Origin: a virus
Taxonomy: Duplodnaviria > Caudoviricetes
DNA: 51,604 nucleotides
Direction: 5' to 3' (one strand)
IMG/VR virus record: IMGVR_UViG_3300036861_000596
Location: 1 to 51,604 of that record
Below the pieces are notes generated by a model. The model ran no database searches. It had not been told where the DNA came from and saw only the letters and a list, made by a program, of their open reading frames with translations. Position 1 is the first letter of the stretch. Each line of letters begins with the position of its first letter. A program made the translations under genes and the position numbers. Of this stretch, positions 1-8,453 are shown piece by piece.

Positions 1-127
1 AATCAGGACTTCGAGAATGTCGGCGACGACGATGGGGACCTGCGTGTAGACCTTGTTAGCCATTTAGAGTACCCATTCCAGGAGGACAAAGCCTGCGGCC
101 CCAGCTCCACCCGTGGTCGAGCCCGCC
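1..127. repeat. Terminal direct repeat identical to 51478-51604 (circular assembly overlap)
   Basis: Exact 127-nt identity of both ends; the ORF starting MANKVYTQ reads through the junction. Confidence 0.95.
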
Positions 128-837
128 GCGCCACCCCCGCCCCCACCTCCGGCCCCGCTGTTCGCGGCCGCGGGCGCTGAGCCGCCCGCGCCGCCATTGC
201 CGCCGGTCCCGCCTTGGCCCCAGAGGGTCGTCGCCCCGCCCCCGCCCCCGGCTTGCGAGGCGGTCGTGGTCCCCGCGCTGCCAGCTACAAAGGCGCTGCC
301 AGTGGTCTGCCCGCCATTCCCGCCGTTTGCAGCCGTGGTGTTCCCGGCCCCTCCACCGCCGGCCCCCGGAATCCCGAACGGGGTCGAGACGTTTGCGGCG
401 CCTCCCGCAGTGCCAGGGTTTCCTGCCGCTCCACCAGCCCCCGCCGTCCCGACCCCGGCCGACCCAGCTCCGCCGACGCCCGCATTCGTCCCGCCGTTGC
501 CACCTTTCGCGGTGATGGTGGTCGTCCCCGCCACACTCGAATCACCCCCGGCGCCGCCGCTCGCGGCCGACGCGGCGGTGCCCCCAGCCCCGACCGTGAC
601 CGTGAGCACCTGGCCCGACGTGGTCGAGAGAGGAACCCGCGTGCCGAGCCCGCCCGCCCCGCCCCCGCCCCCGCCGAGCGCCGCCGCCGCGTTGCTGCCG
701 CCGCCGCCTCCGCCGCCGCCCTGGATTGTGCAGTGGAGAAGCGACACGTTACCGGGCACGACAAACGTGTTCGCCCCCGTCGTCGTAAAGCGTTGCGACT
801 GGGACTTGGATGAGCCGGGGTGGTAGAGCACAGACAT
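64..837 (-). CDS. Glycine-rich virion/tail-associated protein
   Basis: 257 aa with GGGGGG runs, FTTTGANTFVVP at the N-terminus and GAAGFVLLEW at the C-terminus, typical of phage Gly-rich domains. Confidence 0.75.
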   Translation of the reverse strand: MSVLYHPGSSKSQSQRFTTTGANTFVVPGNVSLLHCTIQGGGGGGGGSNAAAALGGGGGGAGGLGTRVPLSTTSGQVLTVTVGAGGTAASAASGGAGGDSSVAGTTTITAKGGNGGTNAGVGGAGSAGVGTAGAGGAAGNPGTAGGAANVSTPFGIPGAGGGGAGNTTAANGGNGGQTTGSAFVAGSAGTTTASQAGGGGGATTLWGQGGTGGNGGAGGSAPAAANSGAGGGGGGGAAGSTTGGAGAAGFVLLEWVL

Positions 838-855
838 GGTGCGGGAACCTCGTGT

Positions 856-1152
856 TTAGCGGATGTAGACGAAACCGATCGTGCTGGAGGCGGTCGTGCT
901 GAGCTGGACTTTGACGGTCCCGCTGATCCGTAGAGGGACGCTGGTCTCATCCGCCCCCGCCCCACCCGTCTGGAGTCGAGAGATACGGTTGGTAGCGTTC
1001 GTGCCACCCTGGTAGAGAGTAATGGTCGCCGCCGCCCCCGACGAGAGCCGCATCGTCACGTAGGCACCCCCGCTCACCACCGGGACGGTCACGAGGTTGG
1101 CGTGGTTCAAGAGGGTGGCGAGGTTGAAGCCGACGAGGGTACCGATAGGCAC
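856..1152 (-). CDS. Small beta-rich putative virion protein
   Basis: 98 aa, Ser/Thr/Gly-rich, in late operon. Confidence 0.6.
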   Translation of the reverse strand: MPIGTLVGFNLATLLNHANLVTVPVVSGGAYVTMRLSSGAAATITLYQGGTNATNRISRLQTGGAGADETSVPLRISGTVKVQLSTTASSTIGFVYIR

Positions 1153-1165
1153 GAGGGAGGCCCCC

Positions 1166-1537
1166 CTAAAGTAGGGAACAGCGGACGTGGGAGCCCTTAC
1201 GGAAAGTGTAGGGATCTCCGGGGAGTTGCAACTCAGCGAAGCCGACGTCGGCGGTGCGAGGCGCGAGGGGCGTCTCGAACTCGGTCCAACTCAGGACGGC
1301 GAAGCGATTGGCCGTGGGAGTCTCCGCCTCCCCCCAGGAGATGCGGAGGCGGCGGGCCGCGAGGGGAGTCTCCGTCTCGGCCCACGAGACCAGCGCCCGG
1401 CGTGGAGCTAGCGGCGCCTCGACCTCGGCCCACGAGACCCGCACGCGGCGCGGCGCCGTCGGCATCTCCACCTCGGCCCACGCCACCTGCGCGCGATTTT
1501 GGGCCGGGGCCGCACCCCCGACGAGGAGCAGCAGCAC
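1166..1537 (-). CDS. Protein with six 16-aa tandem repeats
   Basis: Consensus RxxVSWAExExPxAPR; start abuts the upstream stop. Confidence 0.7.
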   Translation of the reverse strand: MLLLLVGGAAPAQNRAQVAWAEVEMPTAPRRVRVSWAEVEAPLAPRRALVSWAETETPLAARRLRISWGEAETPTANRFAVLSWTEFETPLAPRTADVGFAELQLPGDPYTFRKGSHVRCSLL

Positions 1538-2199
1538 TATTCGAGCGTGAAGGCGACGAGAACTGACACGCTCCCGACGCTAGCGACCGCTCCTTGCTTG
1601 AACAGCACGCCACTGTTCTCCCGCACGGTGAGCTTCTGGCCGTAGAAGAACTGCGGGATGAGGTTCTGCCACTGTGTCAAGTAGCCCATGCTGGTGTTGG
1701 TCTCTTCAGGGGCTACGTTCGACGGGAACAGCCACCGGCTGATGGTGGCACCCCCCGTCGGGGCGACCCGGGCGGTGATTTGGGCGGGGATGGCCGCGTT
1801 GGTCTCGTCGAACTTGGTGAAGTTGCCCCCGCCTACGTCGAGGGTGGCGCTATCCACGGAGGCGGCGGTGCCGCCAGTCCCGACCGCCGACGTGCGATAC
1901 ATGTCCACGCGGACAGCGACGACTCCGGTAACGCCCACATCCAACTTCGGGATCAGCCACACACCCCGAATGTCCAACACCTTGCCGCTGCCGGTCGCGT
2001 TGAACAGATCGACGAGGAGCTTGCTGGCCCCGACCGCAACAGGGGGCGAGCAGTAGAAGTAGGTCGGGAGCGAGCCGGAGATGTGACCCGATTCGTCGGC
2101 GAGGATGACGACCTGGTGCTCTTTGCTGCCGAGGGTGTGGGTGGCGACGGTCGCCCCCGAGCCGGGGGTAACGAGGATGGAGTCGTTAGCGAGGGTCAT
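1537..2199 (-). CDS. Putative virion structural protein
   Basis: Start MTLANDS overlaps the upstream stop (ATGA); 220 aa, beta-rich. Confidence 0.65.
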   Translation of the reverse strand: MTLANDSILVTPGSGATVATHTLGSKEHQVVILADESGHISGSLPTYFYCSPPVAVGASKLLVDLFNATGSGKVLDIRGVWLIPKLDVGVTGVVAVRVDMYRTSAVGTGGTAASVDSATLDVGGGNFTKFDETNAAIPAQITARVAPTGGATISRWLFPSNVAPEETNTSMGYLTQWQNLIPQFFYGQKLTVRENSGVLFKQGAVASVGSVSVLVAFTLE

Positions 2200-2597
2200 A
2201 CCTGATTCGCCGTGAAGTGGAGACGGAGGTTGGCGTAGTTGGTGATGCTGTCGGCTTGCGCCCCGCTCAACGTCTGAGCCTGCGTGACCCACCCATTCGC
2301 AATATCCGTGTGCGACCACGACGCGATGGACGTGCCGCCTTGCATGAGCGCCACCGTCAGGTTGATCTGGGCACCTCCCGCGGCGTCCTTCTGGTAGCGA
2401 TAGCGGACGATGTGGCCGCTGCTGGACTGCGGGTCTTCCACGTCGCTGAGTCCGACTTGGAGCGTGGCGTTGGAGGGGGCGAGGGCTGATTGGGTGAAGT
2501 CCCCATCGTCTACGGCGCTCTCATCGATGACGCTCCAGGAGGGGTCGCTCCACCCGTTGAGCGCCACGTCGCTGTCGGGACGGGCAAACTGGGCCAT
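2196..2597 (-). CDS. Putative virion structural protein
   Basis: 133 aa, beta-rich, translationally coupled. Confidence 0.65.
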   Translation of the reverse strand: MAQFARPDSDVALNGWSDPSWSVIDESAVDDGDFTQSALAPSNATLQVGLSDVEDPQSSSGHIVRYRYQKDAAGGAQINLTVALMQGGTSIASWSHTDIANGWVTQAQTLSGAQADSITNYANLRLHFTANQV

Positions 2598-2729
2598 CTA
2601 CCGTGTCACCTGCCATCCGTGCTGGCGGCACCAGTGGACGTGGAGGGTTTTGGTCAAACGGAGGCTAAACCCCCAACTCGGGGCCCACCGCAGGTAGGAC
2701 TCACCGGCTCCGATGTAGTTACGGGGCAT
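2598..2729 (-). CDS. Small hypothetical protein (43 aa)
   Basis: MPRNYIG... fills the gap between coupled genes. Confidence 0.4.
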   Translation of the reverse strand: MPRNYIGAGESYLRWAPSWGFSLRLTKTLHVHWCRQHGWQVTR

Positions 2730-3393
2730 AGTCGGGGAGAGGGGCGCGCCAGAAGTCGGGCGGCTCGTTGGGGTCACCACCATGTTTCCAGTGGTAGCGC
2801 AGCCGATTCGCCATGAAGAGCAGGTCCTTTCGAGCGGCCCACGGGCAGGCCGTTACGACCTGGCGGGAGCCCGTGCGCGTCACGTTGGCCGCGGGGACAC
2901 TCACGAGCTGCACGCCGCTGAGGAGGGCCCGCTTGAAGAAGTCGGTGTCCTCGTACCAGGCCGGCACGAACGTCTCGTCGAAGGGGCCGACTTGCTCGGC
3001 CACCGACCGCGAGACGGCCCAGCACCACCCGCTGATCCCGAGCCCGTAGGGCTTGCTCCCGCCGGTGAGGGGGAAGGCGATGTGGCCCATGAGGGCAGCG
3101 TCGTAGAGGGGGCGGTCCCAGCCCGGCTCGACATGCGTCGTGGTGGTGACGAAGGCGAACACGTCGCCGTGGGCGAGCCGGCGCCCCTCGTTCCAAGCGG
3201 GAGCGATGCCACGGTTGGTGGGCCAGAGCGTCGCGGCGCTCGTCCGCAGGGGTCGGCGGTGAGGCGAGCCGTTATCGACGACGATGACTTCGAGGGGGAC
3301 CTCGGCGGTGTCCCAGATACGCTCGATATTGGCGTGGGCCATCTGTGCCAGTTCGGGAGTAACGTTCCAAACCGGGACAATCACGCTCAGCAT
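2719..3393 (-). CDS. Glycosyltransferase family 2
   Basis: LSVIVPVWN, EVIVVDNGS, NRGIAPAWNEG, GPFDETF, YEDTDF motifs. Confidence 0.9.
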   Translation of the reverse strand: MLSVIVPVWNVTPELAQMAHANIERIWDTAEVPLEVIVVDNGSPHRRPLRTSAATLWPTNRGIAPAWNEGRRLAHGDVFAFVTTTTHVEPGWDRPLYDAALMGHIAFPLTGGSKPYGLGISGWCWAVSRSVAEQVGPFDETFVPAWYEDTDFFKRALLSGVQLVSVPAANVTRTGSRQVVTACPWAARKDLLFMANRLRYHWKHGGDPNEPPDFWRAPLPDYAP

Positions 3394-3506
3394 CTTCGGC
3401 ACTCCGGTCGGGGGCAGACCGTCCCCACCCAGTGGAGATGGTCGTCGGCCACCCCGGGCGGGCGGGCAGCGACGATTCCGCGCGGCTCGACGACTTGCGA
3501 CTTCAT
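3387..3506 (-). CDS. 39-aa Cys/His-containing microprotein
   Basis: MKSQVVEPRG...HLHWVGTVCPRPECRRC; overlaps both neighbours. Confidence 0.45.
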   Translation of the reverse strand: MKSQVVEPRGIVAARPPGVADDHLHWVGTVCPRPECRRC

Positions 3507-4420
3507 AGAAACAACTCCGCCCACACGTGCATCGCCCGCTTCAACGTGCGCCAATAGCCGCTATCCGGCAGGACGAGCTTGTCGGCCAGCTCGTAGTAGC
3601 ACCGGGCCACGCTATCCTGCGTCAGGCGCACCTCGTCCACCCGCTCCCACAGCCACTCATTCGCCGCCTTCGGCTCGCGCTCCTTGATGAGGTTGATGTG
3701 GGGGTCGCTGGCCCGCTCGTGGCGTACCCACGGGCTCCCGCTGCGAACGGCGAAGCCGAGGTGATCGCACACCTTCTTCGACATGACCCCGGCCCATATA
3801 TCGCCGAAGCGGTCGTAGCCCCACGGCACGTCGTAGAGGAGGTGCGTGCCCATGAGCATGAAGTACATGGCCGGCACCATCTCCCGGCGGAAGGCGAGGT
3901 TCATGCCGCTCATCGGGTAGTAGCTTCCCGCCCCGATCCATCCCCTGATTCCTTCGTACTGGTAGGGCGGCGGGCTGGCGAGTTGCGTCTCAGCGTCTAG
4001 ATCGGGGATATGCGACCAGAGCCCGTGGTTGATGTGGGTTGGTCGGAGGCCCCGGTTCTCTGGCATGCCACGCGGCTTGATCGTGACGGTGGGCTTCCAA
4101 CGAGGCTCATCCGTCTCTAACCACTCGACGTGGTGCTTGAGCCAACGCCCGTCGGGATAGCAATCGTCGTCAATGGTGAGGATGTAGTCGGCCCCATCCC
4201 GCCACGCACGCCAGAACCCGTAGCTGCGAATACAGTCCGTCTGGCGGGGGATGATCCAGGCAGAATTCTTACCCAGCGCGTGGGTGATTTCTAACCACGT
4301 CTCCGGCTCGTCCAGCACCTCGTACACGCGCACGTCGAGGCGGTCGAACTCGGCCTTCCACTCTCGTCGCCACCGTTCGAGGCTGTCGGGGCGGTTGCTG
4401 GGACAGACGACGGCGATCAT
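3503..4420 (-). CDS. Reversibly glycosylated polypeptide / UDP-arabinopyranose mutase-like protein (GT75)
   Basis: YILTIDDDCYP, NHGLWSHIPDLDAETQL, YPMSGMNLAF, PAMYFMLMG, RFGDIWAG, KKVCDHLG, HERASDPHINLIKE parallel plant RGP motifs; ATG at 4420 overlaps the upstream stop. Confidence 0.88.
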   Translation of the reverse strand: MIAVVCPSNRPDSLERWRREWKAEFDRLDVRVYEVLDEPETWLEITHALGKNSAWIIPRQTDCIRSYGFWRAWRDGADYILTIDDDCYPDGRWLKHHVEWLETDEPRWKPTVTIKPRGMPENRGLRPTHINHGLWSHIPDLDAETQLASPPPYQYEGIRGWIGAGSYYPMSGMNLAFRREMVPAMYFMLMGTHLLYDVPWGYDRFGDIWAGVMSKKVCDHLGFAVRSGSPWVRHERASDPHINLIKEREPKAANEWLWERVDEVRLTQDSVARCYYELADKLVLPDSGYWRTLKRAMHVWAELFL

Positions 4421-5016
4421 CTCGTCGGCACCTTCACCGCCTCGACCCGCACCGTCGGGATCTGGGCGGCATGGTAGTCCTTCCCCGGCCCCGTCACGTA
4501 TCGCAAGAACCCCCCAAGCATGACGAGCAGGCCGAGGGAGTCGGCGGTATAGCCGTAGTAGTGCCCATCGATGAGGGGGTTGTCGTAGCCCCCGTAGATC
4601 CCCCCCACCATGATCCCGACGTTCCCCGCGAGCCACTCCTGGCACATGCGCCGCATGTCGGGGGTCTCGGCGATGAATAGGCCGTTGGGGCGCAGGACCC
4701 GGTGGGCCTCTCGGGCGATGTGGAGCGCGGCGACGGGCGGGACGTGTTCGAGCGCCTCGAACATCGTCACCTTGTCGTAGGTGGCATCCCCGAGGGGCCA
4801 GGGCTCGCGGAAGTCGAAGGCGAGGTCCTGGGCAAAGACCGGCTGCACATCGACGTTGGTGGCGCCCGGGATCGGGTTGACCCCCGAGCCAAGGTTGAGG
4901 TGGTCGGGACCGTCGTAGCCGATCCACTTGAGGCGGGGATCCATGCTCGTATCGACGGGCCAGCGGGCCCGCATCGCTTGACCGGCGGCGTAGTAGAGCG
5001 GCGGGTACTCGCTCAC
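4417..5016 (-). CDS. Class I SAM-dependent methyltransferase (Methyltransf_11-like)
   Basis: LNLGSG, NVD, EALEHV, HRVLRPNG, ETPD motifs. Confidence 0.88.
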   Translation of the reverse strand: MSEYPPLYYAAGQAMRARWPVDTSMDPRLKWIGYDGPDHLNLGSGVNPIPGATNVDVQPVFAQDLAFDFREPWPLGDATYDKVTMFEALEHVPPVAALHIAREAHRVLRPNGLFIAETPDMRRMCQEWLAGNVGIMVGGIYGGYDNPLIDGHYYGYTADSLGLLVMLGGFLRYVTGPGKDYHAAQIPTVRVEAVKVPTR

Positions 5017-5954
5017 AGAAGCGCCCCCATCGCCGCCTTCAGGGCGGCCCGTTCCCCCTCCAGCGGCAGTACCTCCTGCACCCCCCGGCTCATCACCCGC
5101 CCCTCCTCAGCGATCTCGACGACGGGACGGCGGAGGAGCCGCTGCGCCTGGGCGGTGAAGTCGGTCGTGTCGCTCGACAGCACCACGTCCATCCCGCACC
5201 GCCGCATGAGCATGTCGCTGCTGTGCCCGCCGTAGCCGAGCACGTAGCACCCGCAGGCCCCCGCCTCGAACGGGGGGAGTGTCCCGCCCTCGGGATAGCC
5301 GAAGGCGAAGAACACCAGGGACTCTTGCAGAATACGGCTCGTCTCCGCCTCGGACTGCCCGTCGATGGCGACCACGTCCCACCCGTCGAGAGCCCCGCTA
5401 AACCGCAACCACCCGAACACCTGCTGCGCCTCGTCGGGGTGCTTCCGGGGCATCCACGCGATCTGCCGACGCTTGGCCGTGCCGAGCGGGAAGGTGAGGG
5501 GGTCGATCCCGTGGGGGACGACGTGGACGGGGTGGTCGGGGAATACCGCCCGCAGCGCATCCCGACAATAGTCGGTCAGCACCATCGTCCCCACGACGCG
5601 CGGGTCCCGGTAGGGGGTGGCGCAGTCAGGCGGGGGTGGGACTGAGTAGCCCCGGAATGTGTAGTGCGAGTTCTGGTTGAAGACGATGGTCCGCACGCCG
5701 GGCGGGGCAATCTCGGCCGTGTTCGGGCCCATGATCTCGTTGGTGACCAGCACGTCCCCAGCGCGGAGCGCGACGCCGTCCAGGTACGCGACGGGGTAGT
5801 CGTGGCTGATCCAGGGGTACCGAAACCCGGGCGTGACGTGGAGCAGCCGAGCCGACCAGCCCATCTCGTCGAGCAGGCGGACGTGGCGGACGTGGGTCTT
5901 GGTGCCCCCGGAGGGCGGGCGGTGGTCCGCCGCACTGGGCAGGTAGTAGATCAT
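5013..5954 (-). CDS. Glycosyltransferase, GT-B/GT4-like
   Basis: PSGGTK N-terminal loop, VVPHGID, WMPRK, EGGTLPPFEAGACGC (EX7E). Confidence 0.85.
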   Translation of the reverse strand: MIYYLPSAADHRPPSGGTKTHVRHVRLLDEMGWSARLLHVTPGFRYPWISHDYPVAYLDGVALRAGDVLVTNEIMGPNTAEIAPPGVRTIVFNQNSHYTFRGYSVPPPPDCATPYRDPRVVGTMVLTDYCRDALRAVFPDHPVHVVPHGIDPLTFPLGTAKRRQIAWMPRKHPDEAQQVFGWLRFSGALDGWDVVAIDGQSEAETSRILQESLVFFAFGYPEGGTLPPFEAGACGCYVLGYGGHSSDMLMRRCGMDVVLSSDTTDFTAQAQRLLRRPVVEIAEEGRVMSRGVQEVLPLEGERAALKAAMGALL

Positions 5955-7048
5955 CGCGCAGTCTCCACGCGGCCCTCATAACCGGCCGCCCTCACCTTCT
6001 CCGTTATCTCGTCCTCGAAGTTCCACGGCAACACCAACAGCTTCTCAACCGGCTCGTCGAGGAGGGTCTGGAGCGGGACGACCGGCACGTTGTAGGGGGT
6101 GATGAGACCCTGCTTGGCCGGGGTCTCATCCACGACGTATCGTAGGTAGGACGGCCCCAGTCCCACGACGGTGCAGAACACCGTCCCCTTCGCCGCCGCA
6201 CCGAACGCGCCCCAGGTATGGCGCTCGGTGTACGTGTCCCACCACCGTCGAATGCGCTCGTCGAGACGGGTGTGGAAGCGCTCGTACGGGGCCGGGGTGA
6301 GCAGTTGCGTCTCGGACGGGTCGTCCTCGGCGCTTGCCCGGGCCTTCATCGCCACGACCCGCACCGACCCCCCGTGGATCGGCAAGTACTCCAGGTTGAT
6401 GATGTGAAGGTCGTGCGCCGCGAGCAGGCGGCGCAGGCTCGTGATCGTCCAGTACGAGAGGTGCTCGTGGTAGATGGTGTCGAAGGCGATCCCCGTCAAC
6501 AGGTCGAGCAGGTACGGCACCTCGACCACGAACACCCCGTCCGGGGCGAGCAGGCGCGCCACCTCCCCGACGAAGGCATGCACCTCATCGACGTGGCCGA
6601 GCACGTTGAGGGCGGTGATGGCGTGGAAGGGGCCGACGAGGCCGAAGGCGGGGAAGGTGCCGCGCCACACGTCCTCATGCTGGGGGCTGGGGTCAATCCC
6701 GACCACGTCCCACCCGGCCGCCTCGGCGGCGACGAGGAGCGTGCCGTCGTTGGCCCCGATATCGAGCCACTTCCCCGGGTGTAGATACCCCCCAACCACC
6801 TCCACGAGGCGCTTGCAGTGGGCCCGGAAGGTGGTGCTCACCCCGCTCCGGTACGGATAGCCCGTGTAGAGCGTGGTAGGCGAGAGCACCGTCGTGAGCT
6901 GGCTCAGCCCACAGGCAGGGCAGCGGGCCACGACGAGGGGATAGGTATCGGGGTAGGGCGCGCTGGGCTTGCGGAGGGCGTTGGCGAGGGGTTGCTTGCC
7001 GAGGTCGAGCCACTCGATCGTCGGGGTCGCGCAGACCCGACACGTCAC
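5951..7048 (-). CDS. NDP-sugar C-methyltransferase (Zn-binding domain, SAM domain, C-terminal domain)
   Basis: CRVC, LDLGKQPLAN, CPACGLSQL, LDIGANDGTLL, YHEHLSY, HGGS, GAAAKG, KQG, LPWNF; GTG start at 7048 overlaps the upstream TGA. Confidence 0.92.
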   Translation of the reverse strand: MTCRVCATPTIEWLDLGKQPLANALRKPSAPYPDTYPLVVARCPACGLSQLTTVLSPTTLYTGYPYRSGVSTTFRAHCKRLVEVVGGYLHPGKWLDIGANDGTLLVAAEAAGWDVVGIDPSPQHEDVWRGTFPAFGLVGPFHAITALNVLGHVDEVHAFVGEVARLLAPDGVFVVEVPYLLDLLTGIAFDTIYHEHLSYWTITSLRRLLAAHDLHIINLEYLPIHGGSVRVVAMKARASAEDDPSETQLLTPAPYERFHTRLDERIRRWWDTYTERHTWGAFGAAAKGTVFCTVVGLGPSYLRYVVDETPAKQGLITPYNVPVVPLQTLLDEPVEKLLVLPWNFEDEITEKVRAAGYEGRVETAR

Positions 7049-8040
7049 GACGAGACCCCCAACAGGGCCGTCGTGGTCTCCTGCTGGCCCGGTCCCCTGA
7101 GCCAGTCGAGATACCCCAAGAACGTCCCGTCGCTGTGGGCCTGCGGGAGGATGCGCCGCCAGTACACAACCCCCGCCGCCGTCAACGCTGGCACCCAGCT
7201 CTCCCCGACGGGGGGACGCTGGAAGCACGGACTATCGCCCGGGAGCACGTAGTTGCGGTTGAGCTGGGTATCGAAGTGGCTCAATAGAAGGCCGGTATCG
7301 GCGTAGATGACGCCCCCGGCCTCGTCCCGCATCCGCATCATGAAGAAGCGGTCATGCCCCCAGCGGTTGCGGGTCTTCCCGCCCACGTCGTCGGGGGTGC
7401 TATCCTTGAGCACATCGTCAAACCACGGCCCCTTCAGCTTCCGCACATAGGCCATGTTGACGAGCATGCAGCCCGCCCCGGCGCTATGGATGGGGATGAG
7501 CGCCCCGAGCGGCCAGTCCCAGAAGGCCCCGGCCTCCGCGTCGAGGTAGAGAAGGGGCTCAACGGGCTCGATCTTCGTCGAGTACACCCCCGTGATGACC
7601 GCCGCCTCGGGGTGTTTCCGCATCGCCCCCCACAGCCGATAGAGCGTCGTGTCGGGGAACAGCACGTCATCGTCGAGAAAGCAGACCGTCTCGATGTTCT
7701 CGGCGAGGGCCGTCTCCAGGATGGCGTTGCGGGCGGCGGCCGGGAGCTTGCCCTTCTGCACCGTGTACGACATGGCGGTGTTGAGCGGGTGGAGAAGCTG
7801 GAGCAGGCTGATGAAGAACTCGACGGGGGGGAAGCCCCGCGTCGGGATGCCGATGGTGATGGCGGGCGCGCCCGGGCTCACCTTGATCGGCTCCTTGGCC
7901 CGGTACATGACCGGGTCGGGACCGCGCTCCGTATCGAGACGCCCCAACAACCGGGCGAACAACTCCTCCCCGGTGATCTCGTCGGGGAGGGGGCCCAGGA
8001 ACTCCGTCAGCAGCTTCGTCTGTCTCAGATCCAAGTTCAC
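7045..8040 (-). CDS. GT-A fold (GT2-like) phage glycosyltransferase
   Basis: IGIPTRG, ARNAI, FLDDDVLFP (DxD), AGAGCMLV, PWF, GHDRFF, IYADT. Confidence 0.85.
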   Translation of the reverse strand: MNLDLRQTKLLTEFLGPLPDEITGEELFARLLGRLDTERGPDPVMYRAKEPIKVSPGAPAITIGIPTRGFPPVEFFISLLQLLHPLNTAMSYTVQKGKLPAAARNAILETALAENIETVCFLDDDVLFPDTTLYRLWGAMRKHPEAAVITGVYSTKIEPVEPLLYLDAEAGAFWDWPLGALIPIHSAGAGCMLVNMAYVRKLKGPWFDDVLKDSTPDDVGGKTRNRWGHDRFFMMRMRDEAGGVIYADTGLLLSHFDTQLNRNYVLPGDSPCFQRPPVGESWVPALTAAGVVYWRRILPQAHSDGTFLGYLDWLRGPGQQETTTALLGVSS

Positions 8041-8063
8041 TCAACATCTCCTATCGCGGCGGG

Positions 8064-8450
8064 CTATTCAGGTACTGGCGGCCACTTCGGCAGGTCGGTC
8101 GTCTCCGTGAGGGGCGGGCCCACGGGCCGATACCCCCTCGTGTCGGGCGGGGTTGTCTGCGTCTTTGAGCGCATGCGCTGGAGCCACTGGCGTTCCATCT
8201 CCGCCCGCTGGCGGGCTTGCTGAGCCTGCTGAAAGCGCTCGAACGGCACCACAACCCCACCCCGCCCCGGCAGCGCATTCCCCATGAAGCGGGCGAGGGC
8301 GCTCAGGATATCGATGAAACTCATCGGGTGGGCGGGCTGGAGGCCCTGCGCAGCCCCTTCCGCCGTCGGGTCCGGCGTGAAGAGACCAGCAGGGCTCCCG
8401 CTCGCCTGGAGCGCCCGCACGAGGTCCGGCTCAAGCTCGTACGGGTTCAT
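8064..8450 (-). CDS. Hypothetical protein
   Basis: 128-aa ORF in late operon. Confidence 0.55.
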   Translation of the reverse strand: MNPYELEPDLVRALQASGSPAGLFTPDPTAEGAAQGLQPAHPMSFIDILSALARFMGNALPGRGGVVVPFERFQQAQQARQRAEMERQWLQRMRSKTQTTPPDTRGYRPVGPPLTETTDLPKWPPVPE

Positions 8451-8453
8451 CGG

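Noticed and set aside
113-826. Pro-rich plus-strand ORF and other long antisense ORFs (e.g. 11869-13548, 40833-42467, 42818-44248, 45511-47445)
   Set aside because: They are shadows of real minus-strand genes in GC-rich DNA and show no motifs
1200-1500. 48-bp periodic repeats as a CRISPR array
   Set aside because: They are degenerate in-frame coding repeats with no unique spacers
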